A stretch of 47,592 bases of DNA. Source: Candidatus Moranbacteria bacterium RIFCSPHIGHO2_01_FULL_54_31. Its GTDB lineage: Bacteria > Patescibacteriota > Minisyncoccia > Moranbacterales > UBA1568. Location: the NCBI GenBank assembly GCA_001784695.1, contig MFRV01000004.1, positions 1-47,592 of the forward strand, written 5' to 3'. The notes below the pieces were generated by a model that saw only the letters and a list, made by a program, of their open reading frames with translations, had not been told where the DNA came from and did not search any database. The stretch's first letter is position 1. Each line of letters starts with the position of its first letter. The position numbers and the translations under genes are program-made. This document shows positions 9,949 to 20,491 of the stretch, piece after piece.

Positions 9949-10212
9949 ATGGCTCCCGCAAAACAGAAGCTCATCCGCCGGCTCAAGATCATCGAAGGCC
10001 AAGTCCGCGGCCTTCAGGAGATGCTCGCGAAAGACGCCTACTGCATCGATGTGATCACCCAGACATCCGCCGTGAAGCAGGGGCTGACTGCCGTGGAGGA
10101 TGCTCTGATGGAAAGCCATCTCGGCACGTGCGCCATCGCCCAAATCAAAGGCGGCAAGGAAGCCAAGGCCAAAGAAGAAATTCTCAAGGTGTATAGGCTC
10201 AAACGCAAGTAA
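9949..10212 (+). CDS. csoR: Copper-sensing repressor, CsoR family
   Basis: RLKIIEGQVRGL, YCIDVITQ, HLGTC (Cys-His-Cys ligands). Confidence 0.93.
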   Translation: MAPAKQKLIRRLKIIEGQVRGLQEMLAKDAYCIDVITQTSAVKQGLTAVEDALMESHLGTCAIAQIKGGKEAKAKEEILKVYRLKRK

Positions 10213-10234
10213 CCTTTTTAAGCATCGTTGTTGT

Positions 10235-11839
10235 ATGCAAAAAAAATCCTTATATCTTTCTCTTATCGGGGTGGCTATAGTGATGGGAAGTCTCATCTGG
10301 TATTTCCAGAAAACGAAGTCTGAACTCCGGGAATCAGAATCTTTGTCTTCTCGTACAGATGATGTGCCGGAAGCGCAGAGCCCTACCGCCATTGACCTTA
10401 CAGATGGACAAAGCGTGGATCTTGTCGTGATGCCAGTCAAGAAAACCATTGCTGGCCGTACCGTGAAAATGCTCGGCTACAACGGTTCTATTCCTGGGCC
10501 GACATTCCGTATTCCTGAAGGATCGGAAATTACAATCAACCTGAAGAACGGTGGAGATATTGCCACCACACTCCATGCTCACGGAGTACGAATGGATAAC
10601 CCCTTTGACGGCGTTCCAGGGGTGACTCAAAAAGAGATTGCGGTCGGAGAATCATTTTCCTATAAGCTCAAATTTTCAGACCCAGGCGTATTCTGGTACC
10701 ACCCTCATGTGAGAACGGACTATGCCCTTGAGTCAGGACTCTATGCTAACATCATTGTGACACCAAAGGGGAGCACCTACTGGTCGCCAGTCAATCGAGA
10801 AATTCCCCTCATGTTGGACGATATTGCTTTGGACAAAAATGGTTTACTGCCATTTGATAGCAAGGTAGCTGATCATACGCTTATGGGACGCTTCGGCAAT
10901 GTGATGTTGGTGAACGGTGAGACAGGTTACCAGCTTCAAGCGAAGCAAGGAGAGGTAGTTCGTTTCTATCTGACCAATGCCGCCAATACCCGGCTCTTCA
11001 ACTTTGCCCTTCCTGGCGCGAAAATGAAACTCGTCGGAGCGGATGTGGGACGGTATGAAAGAGAGACATTCGTGGATACGGTGCTCGTGGCTCCTGGTGA
11101 GCGTCGCGTCGTCGATGTGTTCTTCGAAAAGCCGGGTGAGTACGTGATGAAACACCAAACTCCCGATAAAGAGTATGCTCTCGGAGCCGTGTCCGTCTCG
11201 GCTGAAACCACCAATCCCTCCTATACCAACGAGTTTTCTGTGTTGCGTACCAACATAACTGTCGTTGATGAGTTAGAAAATCTTATGAACATCTACCTGA
11301 CGAAGTCTCCCGACAAGAGTCTAAATCTCTCGCTTGATATGACAGCAGAGATGCGGAAGGGTATGCCAATGGGGATGCACTCGATGGGTGGCGGGATGGC
11401 GATGTCGGACAAAGATATGGGGATGGGCGATGACGGCGATGCGCTCGAATGGGAGGACACGATGGCCAGCATGAATGCCTTGTCAAATTCCGCTATGATG
11501 AAATGGAAGCTCATAGACGGTACGACGGGAAAAGTGAATATGGATATCGGCGACTGGAGCTTCAAGTCTGGTGAAAAAGTGAAAATCCGCATCTTCAACG
11601 ATCCGCAGTCTCTGCACCCGATGCAGCACCCGATCCACTTCCATGGGCAGCGCCTCATGGCGCTCTCAACGAACGGCGTGAAAAATGACAATCCGGTGTG
11701 GGCGGATACCGTACTCGTTGCCAAAGGCGACACGGTCGACATCTTGCTTGACGCCTCTAATCCCGGCGTTTGGGTCGCGCACTGCCATATCCTCGAACAC
11801 GCGGAGAGCGGCATGATGACGTCCTTCAAGGTCGAATAA
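10235..11839 (+). CDS. Membrane-anchored multicopper oxidase
   Basis: HAHG, WYHPH, HPIHFHG, HCHILEHAESGM; Met-rich insert. Confidence 0.95.
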   Translation: MQKKSLYLSLIGVAIVMGSLIWYFQKTKSELRESESLSSRTDDVPEAQSPTAIDLTDGQSVDLVVMPVKKTIAGRTVKMLGYNGSIPGPTFRIPEGSEITINLKNGGDIATTLHAHGVRMDNPFDGVPGVTQKEIAVGESFSYKLKFSDPGVFWYHPHVRTDYALESGLYANIIVTPKGSTYWSPVNREIPLMLDDIALDKNGLLPFDSKVADHTLMGRFGNVMLVNGETGYQLQAKQGEVVRFYLTNAANTRLFNFALPGAKMKLVGADVGRYERETFVDTVLVAPGERRVVDVFFEKPGEYVMKHQTPDKEYALGAVSVSAETTNPSYTNEFSVLRTNITVVDELENLMNIYLTKSPDKSLNLSLDMTAEMRKGMPMGMHSMGGGMAMSDKDMGMGDDGDALEWEDTMASMNALSNSAMMKWKLIDGTTGKVNMDIGDWSFKSGEKVKIRIFNDPQSLHPMQHPIHFHGQRLMALSTNGVKNDNPVWADTVLVAKGDTVDILLDASNPGVWVAHCHILEHAESGMMTSFKVE

Positions 11840-11844
11840 CATAT

Positions 11845-13185
11845 ATGAATAAGGTAATTATAGACATCGCCGGGATGCACTGCCGTTCGTGCGAGATGCT
11901 GACGGAAGAAGAGCTCGCGAAGGTTCCCGGCGTGAAAAAAGTGAAGACGCATTTCCGATCCGGCATGGCGGAAGTGTTCTATGAAGGAGAGAAGCCGAGC
12001 GATGAGGCGCTCGAGAAGGCGGTACGGAATGCCGGCTATACGGTCGGCAAAGGCGAGCGTCCGTGGGTGACGAAGAATATGTCCGCATGGGTGGAGTTTC
12101 TGTTCGCTTTCGGTATCGTTCTCGTGCTCTTTCTCTTCGCGCAAGCGGCAGGGCTCTTCAGTATCTCTCTCGGATCGGCACAGCGGCTCGAGAGCCTGCC
12201 GTTCGTGCTACTCCTCGGCGTAGTCGCCGGGTTCTCGACGTGTATGGCGATTGTGGGCGGACTGGTGCTCGCGGTGTCGGCGCGCTTCAGTGAGATGCAT
12301 CCGGAAGCGAGCGTCCGCCAGAAATTCCTTCCAGACGTGTATTTCAATCTCGGCCGCGTGGGAGGATTTGCGATTCTCGGCGCGCTTCTGGGTTGGTTCG
12401 GTTCAGTCTTGCAACTCTCCTCGTTTTCGGTCGGCATCCTTATCGTGGCGGTGAGCGTTGTCATGCTGCTCATCGGACTGCAGCTTCTCGAACTGTTCCC
12501 GCGGCTTTCCGCGTGGAAACTGATGCTGCCGAAATGGATAGCGCGGGCGCTCGGGATCCGATCGCACGCGAAGAAAGAATACAGCCATACGCGGGCGATG
12601 GCACTCGGCGCGGCAACGTTTTTCCTGCCGTGCGGATTCACCCAGGCGGTGCAGCTCTACGTCGTAACGGCGGGGAGCCCGATGATCGGCGCGCTTTCGA
12701 TGGGAGCGTTCGCGCTCGGCACGGCGCCGGGACTGCTCGGTATCGGTGGACTGGCAGCGGCCGCGCGAGGGTCGTTCCGCAGATTCTTCTTCAAGACGGC
12801 CGGCATCATCGTCATCGCACTCGGAATCTTCAATTTCCAGAACGGAACTACTTTGGTGAGGCTCGGGCCTGATCAGCAGGCAGGCGATGGATCCGCAATG
12901 AACGGAGCGATTCTCGGTGACAAGCAGGTGATCCGGATCACGCAGAAGGCCGATGGCTATTTCCCAAATCAATTGACAGTAAAGAGAGGGCGGCCGGTGA
13001 AACTCATCATCGATTCGGAGAATTCATACACATGCGCATCGAGCTTCACGATGCCGAAAATCGGCATTCAGAAAATACTCGAACCGGGTGAAAACGTGTT
13101 CGAATTTGTGCCGGAAAAATCGGGACCGATTCCGTTCAGCTGCAGTATGGGGATGTTCCGCGGCACGATCAATGTGATTGAATAA
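11845..13185 (+). CDS. HMA + DsbD_2-like membrane + cupredoxin domain protein
   Basis: [18 protein letters not shown] and [10 protein letters not shown]-terminal FSCSMGM; start ATG 11845. Confidence 0.85.
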   Translation: MNKVIIDIAGMHCRSCEMLTEEELAKVPGVKKVKTHFRSGMAEVFYEGEKPSDEALEKAVRNAGYTVGKGERPWVTKNMSAWVEFLFAFGIVLVLFLFAQAAGLFSISLGSAQRLESLPFVLLLGVVAGFSTCMAIVGGLVLAVSARFSEMHPEASVRQKFLPDVYFNLGRVGGFAILGALLGWFGSVLQLSSFSVGILIVAVSVVMLLIGLQLLELFPRLSAWKLMLPKWIARALGIRSHAKKEYSHTRAMALGAATFFLPCGFTQAVQLYVVTAGSPMIGALSMGAFALGTAPGLLGIGGLAAAARGSFRRFFFKTAGIIVIALGIFNFQNGTTLVRLGPDQQAGDGSAMNGAILGDKQVIRITQKADGYFPNQLTVKRGRPVKLIIDSENSYTCASSFTMPKIGIQKILEPGENVFEFVPEKSGPIPFSCSMGMFRGTINVIE

Positions 13186-13196
13186 TCCGTAAGTCT

Positions 13197-15605
13197 ATGA
13201 AAACAATACCATCAGGAGAAGGAGAAAAAAGAGTGCAGCTTTCCATCGGCGGGATGCACTGCGCCTCATGCGCGAATATCATCGAACGGCAGCTGAAAAA
13301 AGTGCTGGGAGTGAAGCAGGCGAATGTGAACATCGGTACGGAGAAAGCGAGCATCGTGTTCGAGAGCGCGCAAGTCGGTATACCGGCACTGAAAAAAGCC
13401 GTGGAGGCGGCCGGCTATACGGCGGAAGAGATCGACCCGCGGGATACCGAGTATGAAACAAAGAAACGCGCGCGCGTCGAGCATGAGTATCGGCAGAAAT
13501 TCCTCTGGGGACTGACCCTATCGCTCCCGATGTTTTACTTTATGCTGTTCGATTTCTTCGATGTTTTCGGTGAGACGGCATTCTTGTCATATGTGGGCAT
13601 CGTGTCGCTTTTCCTCACGCTGCCTGTGCAGTTTGTGATCGGTGCGGGATTTTACAAAGGCATGTGGTCGTCGCTCCGGATGAAAATGTTCAATATGGAC
13701 AGCTTGATCGCTATAGGGACGACGACGGCGTTCGCGTACAGCGCGGTGAATTATGGGCTGTATGTGGCACGGAATAATTCTCTGGTCGGTCTTTCTGGTG
13801 AAAAAATTCCGGAACTGTATTTCGAGACGGCAGCGTTCCTCATCACGTTCGTGATCTTGGGCAAATGGCTTGAGGCGCGGACCAAGGGCAGGACGTCGGA
13901 CGCGATCCGCAAACTGATGGGACTGGCGCCGAAAACCGCGCGCGTAGTTAGAAATGGCGAGACGAAAGATATTCCGGTAGAAGCAGTGGCGCATGGCGAC
14001 ATCGTGGTGGTGCGTCCGGGAGAACGGATCCCGGTGGACGGCGTGGTACGATCAGGACATTCGGCGGTGGATGAGTCGATGATTACCGGAGAAAGCCTGC
14101 CGGTCGAAAAAAATACCGGTGATACCGTGATCGGCGGGACGGTGAATAAGGTCGGCAGTTTCGAATTCGAGGCGACGCGCGTGGGGAGCGAGACGACGCT
14201 GGCCAATATCGTGCGGCTCATCGAAGAGGCCCAAGGATCGAAAGCGCCAATCCAGGATTTCGCGGACCGCATCTCGGCATGGTTCGTACCGGCGGTGATC
14301 GGTATCGCGATACTGACTTTTATTTCGTGGTATTTCTTTCTCGGTGCGACGCTTTCGTTCGCGCTGATGGCATTCACGGCGGTGATCGTGATCGCGTGTC
14401 CGTGCGCGCTGGGACTCGCGACGCCGACGGCGCTGATGGCGGGGACGGGCAAGGGAGCGGAGAACGGCATCTTGATTAAAGGCGGTGTTCCGCTCGAGAT
14501 GACGAGGAATATCACCGCAATCATCTTCGACAAGACCGGAACGCTTACGAAGGGTCAGCCGGAAGTGACGGACATCATATCTTTCGGAGAAACTTCAGAA
14601 AACGATATTCTCGCGGTAGCCGCGTCGCTCGAACGACAGTCTGAGCATCCGCTGGCGGAAGCGATCTACGTCTACGCCGAAAAGAGCAGTCTCTCCAATC
14701 GGAATGTGAGTGGCTTTTCTGCCATACCTGGCAAAGGCGTGCGAGGGACGATAGATGGCAAAGAATATTCTTTCGGAAACAGCAGACTCGTGGAAGACCA
14801 ACAGATCGTTCTCGAGGCAGATATCGAACGTACGGTGGCTCGATTGGAAACGGAGGGGAAAACAGCGATGTATCTCGCTGCCGGGACGACCCTACTTGGA
14901 GCGATCGCGGTTGCTGATACCATCAAGGATACTTCCAAAGAAGCCGTGATGCAGTTGCAACGTCTCGGGCTCGAAGTCTGGATGATCACCGGGGACAATG
15001 AACGCACCGCGCGCGCGATCGCATCGCAGGTTGGCATCGAGAGCGTGATGGCGAGTGTTCTGCCTGAGGACAAGGTAGCCAAAGTGAAAGCGCTGCAATC
15101 ACGAGGGAACAAAGTGGCGATGGTTGGAGATGGCATCAATGATGCGCCGGCGCTCGCTCAGGCGGATCTGGGGATAGCGATGGGAGCGGGGACGGATGTG
15201 GCGATGGAAACAGGCGACATCGTGCTGATGAAAAACGATCTGCGCGACGTCGTGACGGCGTTCGAACTTTCGAGGGAAACGATGTGGAAGATCAAGCAGA
15301 ATCTGTTCTTCGCGCTCTTCTACAACGTGATGGGCATCCCGATCGCGGCGCGGGTGTTCGTCGATTTCGGCCTGGTGCTGAAGCCGGAGCTTGCCGGGCT
15401 CGCGATGGCGCTCTCGTCGGTATCGGTCGTGACCAACTCGCTGTTCCTGCGCTTTTTCCGTCCGGGCAAGAGGAATTGGCTCTCGCTTGCGGCGCCATTC
15501 ATTATGATTATCGCGTTCTCGCTTCTGTTCCTCCAATTTGCCAAGCTTTCCGGCGCGCAGGATATGCGAGGAACGGAAACGGGGAAAATCGAGATAAGAA
15601 AATAA
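13197..15605 (+). CDS. copA: Cu(I)-translocating P1B-1 ATPase
   Basis: [33 protein letters not shown] and MALSS. Confidence 0.95.
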   Translation: MKTIPSGEGEKRVQLSIGGMHCASCANIIERQLKKVLGVKQANVNIGTEKASIVFESAQVGIPALKKAVEAAGYTAEEIDPRDTEYETKKRARVEHEYRQKFLWGLTLSLPMFYFMLFDFFDVFGETAFLSYVGIVSLFLTLPVQFVIGAGFYKGMWSSLRMKMFNMDSLIAIGTTTAFAYSAVNYGLYVARNNSLVGLSGEKIPELYFETAAFLITFVILGKWLEARTKGRTSDAIRKLMGLAPKTARVVRNGETKDIPVEAVAHGDIVVVRPGERIPVDGVVRSGHSAVDESMITGESLPVEKNTGDTVIGGTVNKVGSFEFEATRVGSETTLANIVRLIEEAQGSKAPIQDFADRISAWFVPAVIGIAILTFISWYFFLGATLSFALMAFTAVIVIACPCALGLATPTALMAGTGKGAENGILIKGGVPLEMTRNITAIIFDKTGTLTKGQPEVTDIISFGETSENDILAVAASLERQSEHPLAEAIYVYAEKSSLSNRNVSGFSAIPGKGVRGTIDGKEYSFGNSRLVEDQQIVLEADIERTVARLETEGKTAMYLAAGTTLLGAIAVADTIKDTSKEAVMQLQRLGLEVWMITGDNERTARAIASQVGIESVMASVLPEDKVAKVKALQSRGNKVAMVGDGINDAPALAQADLGIAMGAGTDVAMETGDIVLMKNDLRDVVTAFELSRETMWKIKQNLFFALFYNVMGIPIAARVFVDFGLVLKPELAGLAMALSSVSVVTNSLFLRFFRPGKRNWLSLAAPFIMIIAFSLLFLQFAKLSGAQDMRGTETGKIEIRK

Positions 15606-15630
15606 TACGTAATCACATAATGACTGACAT

Positions 15631-16191
15631 ATGGATACACAATCACCCGTCGAACAGCCGTCGAAGCAGGAGCGCAGGGCGCTGGAAATCGAGCAGCGCA
15701 GGCAGACGCAGGCAAGCGCATCGCGCAAACAGCGGCTGAAGAAAATAATCAAGCGGTCTGCTGGTGCGCTGCTTGTCGCTGGCAGCATCGGAACACTTGT
15801 GTGGTATGTCGCGACACTGCCGCCGCTTCAGGAAGACGAGATAATTTCACGGAACGGCATCCACTGGCACTCGCAGCTGACGCTGTATGTCAAAGGGGTG
15901 AAACAGGATATCCCGAAGGACATCGGCATCGGGTCGGTGCACAAGCCGGTGCACACGCACGATGCGGATGGAGTCATTCACCTTGAATTTCAGGGATTGG
16001 TCCGTCGGCAAGATACGACGCTCGGACAGTTTTTCAAAAACTGGGGCAAGAATCCCGATGACTTCGGCCCGTTGACTGCAATGGCGGTGAATGGCCAAGA
16101 GAATACCGAGTTTATGAACTATCATATGCGGGATACGGACAAGATAGAGATCAGATTCGACGAAGCGGAGAGTGCGGCACAAAACCGGTAG
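15631..16191 (+). CDS. Membrane-anchored His-motif hypothetical protein
   Basis: TM helix; HWH, HTHD, IHLE; inside copper operon. Confidence 0.7.
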   Translation: MDTQSPVEQPSKQERRALEIEQRRQTQASASRKQRLKKIIKRSAGALLVAGSIGTLVWYVATLPPLQEDEIISRNGIHWHSQLTLYVKGVKQDIPKDIGIGSVHKPVHTHDADGVIHLEFQGLVRRQDTTLGQFFKNWGKNPDDFGPLTAMAVNGQENTEFMNYHMRDTDKIEIRFDEAESAAQNR

Positions 16192-16217
16192 ATAATACAT
16201 AACAGGGCAACAATCAT

Positions 16218-16613
16218 ATGGAAACGACGAATTATGGGTTTACCAAGACAGTAGCGCTCCCGTTCGCGGAAGCGGTAGCGAAAGTGAAGGAAGTGTTGGC
16301 GCTTGAGGGATTCGGCCAGCTGACCGAGATCGATGTGCAGGCCAAGCTAAAAGAGAAATTGGGCGCGGATATGGAGCCGTATATGATTCTCGGGATGTGC
16401 CATCCGGCATTGGCGCATCAGGCGCTTCTGATAGAAACCGAGATCGGACTGCTCTTGCCGTGCAATGTGATCGTGTATGAGAAGGGCGGTATCGTGCATA
16501 TCGCTGTCCAGAAGCCGAACCTGATGGCGCAAGTCGTACAGAAGAAAGGGCTTGAAGCGGTGGCAGAAGAAGCGGAAAAGCATATTCTTTCAGCGCTTGA
16601 TTCTATCGCATAA
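16218..16613 (+). CDS. DUF302 family protein
   Basis: GFGQLTEIDV, ILGMCHP, IGLLLPCNVIVYE. Confidence 0.9.
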   Translation: METTNYGFTKTVALPFAEAVAKVKEVLALEGFGQLTEIDVQAKLKEKLGADMEPYMILGMCHPALAHQALLIETEIGLLLPCNVIVYEKGGIVHIAVQKPNLMAQVVQKKGLEAVAEEAEKHILSALDSIA

Positions 16614-16647
16614 TAAATAATCAAATAACCGAAGGAGGTGAATATAT

Positions 16648-16896
16648 ATGATGGGAAATTATTTCGGAGGAGGGTACGGGTTTATGGGCGGTTTCGGATT
16701 CTTCTGGATGCTTATTTTCTGGGGATTGATTATTTGGGGCATTATCGTGCTCGTGCAATCAGTATCAAAGAATAACAATCAATCTTCCGGCATCCCGCAA
16801 GAAGATGCGGCTCTGAAGACGCTCCGTGAGCGCTATGCCAAAGGAGAAATAAAGAAAGATGAATTCGAGTCTATAAAAAAAGACCTTACGGCCTAG
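16648..16896 (+). CDS. SHOCT-domain membrane protein
   Basis: Gly/Met-rich start, TM, LRERYAKGEI..EFE; SD AAGGAGGT. Confidence 0.88.
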   Translation: MMGNYFGGGYGFMGGFGFFWMLIFWGLIIWGIIVLVQSVSKNNNQSSGIPQEDAALKTLRERYAKGEIKKDEFESIKKDLTA

Positions 16897-16983
16897 GAGA
16901 GGCGGAAGAGAAATTAAAGAGAGCTATCGACGCGGTATAATGGAAAAGTTTTGTTTCAATAACTAATATTTTACATCGCTTTT

Positions 16984-17250
16984 ATGCAAGAACTCTCGCT
17001 ATCATCCTATGTTTGGAAATGTGTAGTCGGATCGGAGATTGCCTATGTACTCTGTCTCGTTGGCGGGTACTTGCCGTGGCGCACGCCAAGAGGGCTGGAA
17101 TTGCATCACACGCTCTTTGAGATGATCCCTGGCTTTATCTGGGGCAGCTTCGGAAGCGCCGTCTGGGGAGCGGTACTCTTGGGAATTCTTTCGGTGATTT
17201 TCGGTTCTTATATTGTCTGGATGCACAATTCCAGCTTGGAGGAAAAATAA
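16984..17250 (+). CDS. Small membrane protein (DUF5676-like)
   Basis: Two TM segments with YVLC, LHH, PGFIW pattern. Confidence 0.6.
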   Translation: MQELSLSSYVWKCVVGSEIAYVLCLVGGYLPWRTPRGLELHHTLFEMIPGFIWGSFGSAVWGAVLLGILSVIFGSYIVWMHNSSLEEK

Positions 17251-17258
17251 CACAATGT

Positions 17259-17471
17259 ATGGACAATCACGCTCACAGTGCATCGTGCTCGCGCACCCGG
17301 TACATTCTGATCGGCCTTTTGGTGATCACCGGAATCTATCTCATCGCTGATCATGGCCAGCATCTGCTGCCATATCTGCCGTTCGCATTTTTGCTTGGCT
17401 GCCTCTTCATGCATCTGTTTATGCATCATGGCAGTCACAGCGGTCATGATCATGGACCCGAAAACAAATAA
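17259..17471 (+). CDS. DUF2933 family protein
   Basis: HGQHLLPYLPF..LL.CLFMHLFMHHGSH. Confidence 0.85.
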   Translation: MDNHAHSASCSRTRYILIGLLVITGIYLIADHGQHLLPYLPFAFLLGCLFMHLFMHHGSHSGHDHGPENK

Positions 17472-17506
17472 CGGGTATTGCCCCGATGTTACCGGCACTG
17501 CGCTCG

Positions 17507-17550
17507 CCTGCCTGCCGGTAGGCAGGGAAACGAAAGTAAACTTTCGTTTC
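17507..17550. repeat. Two adjacent short palindromes
   Basis: CCTGCCTGCCGGTAGGCAGG followed by GAAACGAAAGT-aa-ACTTTCGTTTC. Confidence 0.7.
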
Positions 17551-17577
17551 ACTTGCTTCATTTGGTAATAAAACAGT

Positions 17578-19803
17578 ATGAATCATCACGAGCATACAAA
17601 AGAACAATATACCTGCCCGATGCATCCGGAGGTGCGGCAGGATATGCCCGGTAGCTGTCCTCAATGCGGGATGACGCTTATGGAGAAAGAGGAAATAAAA
17701 ACCGAGCCCGATACTTATGCCGGCCATGTGATGGGTGACCCATCCAAAATGGGGTTCTGGGGAAAGTTGAAAATAAGCATGTCAATGACTATGGGCATGG
17801 ATCATACCGGGCTGGCCGGGCGGGAGATGGCACGTCTTATGGAAATTGATATTAGAAATAAGTTTTTCTTTGCGTTCATATTAACCATACCGATCATTTT
17901 CTACTCGCCCCTCGGCACAGAATTTCTCGGGCTCAGCCTTCCGTCCCCGCTACCTCTTCCGTGGCTTCTTTTTCTTCTTACCACGCCGGTATTCTTCTAT
18001 TCGGGCTGGATTTTCCTCTACTCGACATATTTTGCGCTGAAGAATAAGACGCTCAACATGGCGGTGCTCATTGCTGTCGGTATTACGGCAGCCTATGGGT
18101 TCAGTGTTTTACTTACTGTGATCGGCAGCGCCGATTCCTACTATGAGGCGGCTGCTATGCTCATCACTTTCGTTCTTTTTGGCCACTGGATGGAAATGAA
18201 GTCTCGGCGCGGGACAACCGATGCCCTGCAAGCGCTTTTCAATCTCGTGCCGCCTCAAGCAAGAGTTCTTAAGGACGGCACAGAAATGCTCGTTTCTACT
18301 GCAAAGATAGAACTCGGAGATATTATTATTCTGAAGCCAGGTGACAAAGTTCCTGTCGATGGCGAAATCATAGAAGGCGAGACGGCTATTGATGAAGCGC
18401 TGGTCACCGGAGAATCAACTCCTGCTTTCAAAAAAACCGGCGATCAGGTGATTGGAGGGTCAATCAACACCGTTGGTTCCGTAAGATTCAAGGCAACAAA
18501 AATAGGCTCTGATACTGCTCTCGCCCAGATTGTCCGCATGGTTGAAGAGGCACAGAATTCAAAAGCTCCCGGGCAAAGAATTGCCGACAGGTTTGCAAAA
18601 TACTTGGTCATTGCGGCTGTCGGGTCAGGACTTTCGGTTTTTATTATCTGGTATTTTATCGTCGGCTCACCGCTCCTCTTGGCGCTCTCCTTTGCCATCG
18701 CTACGGTTGTCATCGCCTGCCCGGATGCTCTGGGGCTGGCTACTCCGACGGCTGTCGCGGTCGGTACCGGCCTCGGTGCCAAATACAATATCCTTATCAA
18801 GGATGCTCCAACCCTTGAACAAGTATCAAAAATTCAAGCTATCGTACTCGACAAAACCGGTACGCTCACCGAAGGAAAGCCGGAAGTAACTGATATAGCC
18901 ACGGTAGAGGGTTTTGATTCAAATGAGGCGCTTCGTCTCGTCGGGGCAGCCGAAGCGAAATCATCGCACCCCTTGGCAGGCGCGGTGCTCGATGAGCTCA
19001 AAAAACGCGGGCTGACTGTGCCAGGGTCAGTTGATACATTCGAGAACCTTTCCGGTTTAGGAGTAAAAGCAGTTGTTGATGGGAAACGTGTGCTCATCGG
19101 TACGACGAAGCTTATGAAAGAAAGCAATGTTGACTTGGGCGTTTTGGGACAAAAAATCAATGAGTTTCTGGAACGAGGAGAGACCATCATGATCCTTGCC
19201 GTTGATGGCGCTGTTAAGGCCGTTATCGGGGCGGCTGATCCGATAAAACCCAATGCGGTAAAAGCGATAGGGCGTTTCAAAGAATTAGGCATTGAGATTG
19301 TGATGATCACAGGCGATAACACAATGACGGCAGAGAAAGTGGCGAGTCAGATTGGTATAGAAAGAGTGTTCGCAGAAGTGATGCCGGAAGATAAGGCGAG
19401 CTATGTCAAAAAACTTCAGCAGGAAGGCAAATGTACGGCCATGGTGGGCGATGGCGTCAATGACGCCCCGGCACTCGCTCAATCGGATGTAGGCATTGCG
19501 ATCGGTGCGGGTACGGATGTTGCGATCGAGACAGCGAAGGTTGTTCTTATGAAATCTGATCCGTTAGATATACTGCGAGCTATAACATTGAGCAAGGCAA
19601 CGGTCCGCAAGATGAAACAGAATCTTTTCTGGGCTTCTATCTACAATATCCTCGCCATACCGGTTGCGGGCGGCATTTTGTACCCGAGTTTCGGCATTAT
19701 GCTTCGCCCGGAGTTTGCGGCGCTGCTTATGAGTATTTCGTCGATAATTGTTGCAACGAATGCCGTATTGCTGAAACGAGTTGAATCGGAACTCAGAACT
19801 TAA
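17578..19803 (+). CDS. Second copper-type P1B ATPase (CPD motif)
   Basis: YTCPMHP..CPQCGM domain, TGES, CPD, DKTGT, SSHP, GDGVNDAP, YN, MSISS. Confidence 0.92.
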   Translation: MNHHEHTKEQYTCPMHPEVRQDMPGSCPQCGMTLMEKEEIKTEPDTYAGHVMGDPSKMGFWGKLKISMSMTMGMDHTGLAGREMARLMEIDIRNKFFFAFILTIPIIFYSPLGTEFLGLSLPSPLPLPWLLFLLTTPVFFYSGWIFLYSTYFALKNKTLNMAVLIAVGITAAYGFSVLLTVIGSADSYYEAAAMLITFVLFGHWMEMKSRRGTTDALQALFNLVPPQARVLKDGTEMLVSTAKIELGDIIILKPGDKVPVDGEIIEGETAIDEALVTGESTPAFKKTGDQVIGGSINTVGSVRFKATKIGSDTALAQIVRMVEEAQNSKAPGQRIADRFAKYLVIAAVGSGLSVFIIWYFIVGSPLLLALSFAIATVVIACPDALGLATPTAVAVGTGLGAKYNILIKDAPTLEQVSKIQAIVLDKTGTLTEGKPEVTDIATVEGFDSNEALRLVGAAEAKSSHPLAGAVLDELKKRGLTVPGSVDTFENLSGLGVKAVVDGKRVLIGTTKLMKESNVDLGVLGQKINEFLERGETIMILAVDGAVKAVIGAADPIKPNAVKAIGRFKELGIEIVMITGDNTMTAEKVASQIGIERVFAEVMPEDKASYVKKLQQEGKCTAMVGDGVNDAPALAQSDVGIAIGAGTDVAIETAKVVLMKSDPLDILRAITLSKATVRKMKQNLFWASIYNILAIPVAGGILYPSFGIMLRPEFAALLMSISSIIVATNAVLLKRVESELRT

Positions 19804-19817
19804 CCGGGAAGACTTCT

Positions 19818-20414
19818 ATGAAGAAAGGAATCGTTATTATCGTTCTAGTACTCGCTCTTATGGAAGGCGTTTCGTGGTGGGTCTATACATCCTTTGATTC
19901 AAGAGACGGAGAGAAACCAGAGAAATCTTTTGGACAGGAGCAAAGCCCCGTATCTCGTTCAGTCCCTGTTTCTATCAATACATCAGACCCGCGGCAAGAA
20001 ACGAGCCGGGAGAATATACCTGAAGTAACTGAAGAGCAAAGCACGCCTTCCCCGGTATCCTTGTCAGCACTTCCCCCAAAGGGGCTGGGTTCAGATTTCG
20101 CAAACTTCCCTCCACCTAGCACGGAGGTGGTAAATGGAAGAACGGAAAGAACCATCCATATGGGGGTAAGGCAATATGCGTGGGAGCCAGCGACTATCAC
20201 CGCCAAGAAAGGCGAGCTTGTCCGTCTCATTGTCCATAATGCCGATGTGTTGCATGGCTTGGTTATTCCCGATCTCGGGGTCAATCAGGATATTCCTTCC
20301 GATGGGGCAGTCGTAGAGTTCACCGCTAGCAAGGCAGGGACATTCGAGTTTTTCTGTTCAGTCTGGTGCGGAGAGGGGCATATGGAAATGAGGGGAAAGA
20401 TCGTCATCCAATAG
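19818..20414 (+). CDS. Membrane-anchored cupredoxin with CuA-like motif
   Basis: DVLHGL...FFCSVWCGEGHMEM. Confidence 0.85.
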   Translation: MKKGIVIIVLVLALMEGVSWWVYTSFDSRDGEKPEKSFGQEQSPVSRSVPVSINTSDPRQETSRENIPEVTEEQSTPSPVSLSALPPKGLGSDFANFPPPSTEVVNGRTERTIHMGVRQYAWEPATITAKKGELVRLIVHNADVLHGLVIPDLGVNQDIPSDGAVVEFTASKAGTFEFFCSVWCGEGHMEMRGKIVIQ

Positions 20415-20491
20415 CGAAAGGCCTGGGACAATCAATGTAAAAAAAGCACCCCCGGAAAAATTCGGGGGCGGGTCAACGGCGTTGCCGATAC

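Noticed and set aside
11770..11844. Upstream extension of the HMA-DsbD_2 ORF
   Set aside because: Overlaps the oxidase C-terminus; the HMA domain starts at ATG 11845.
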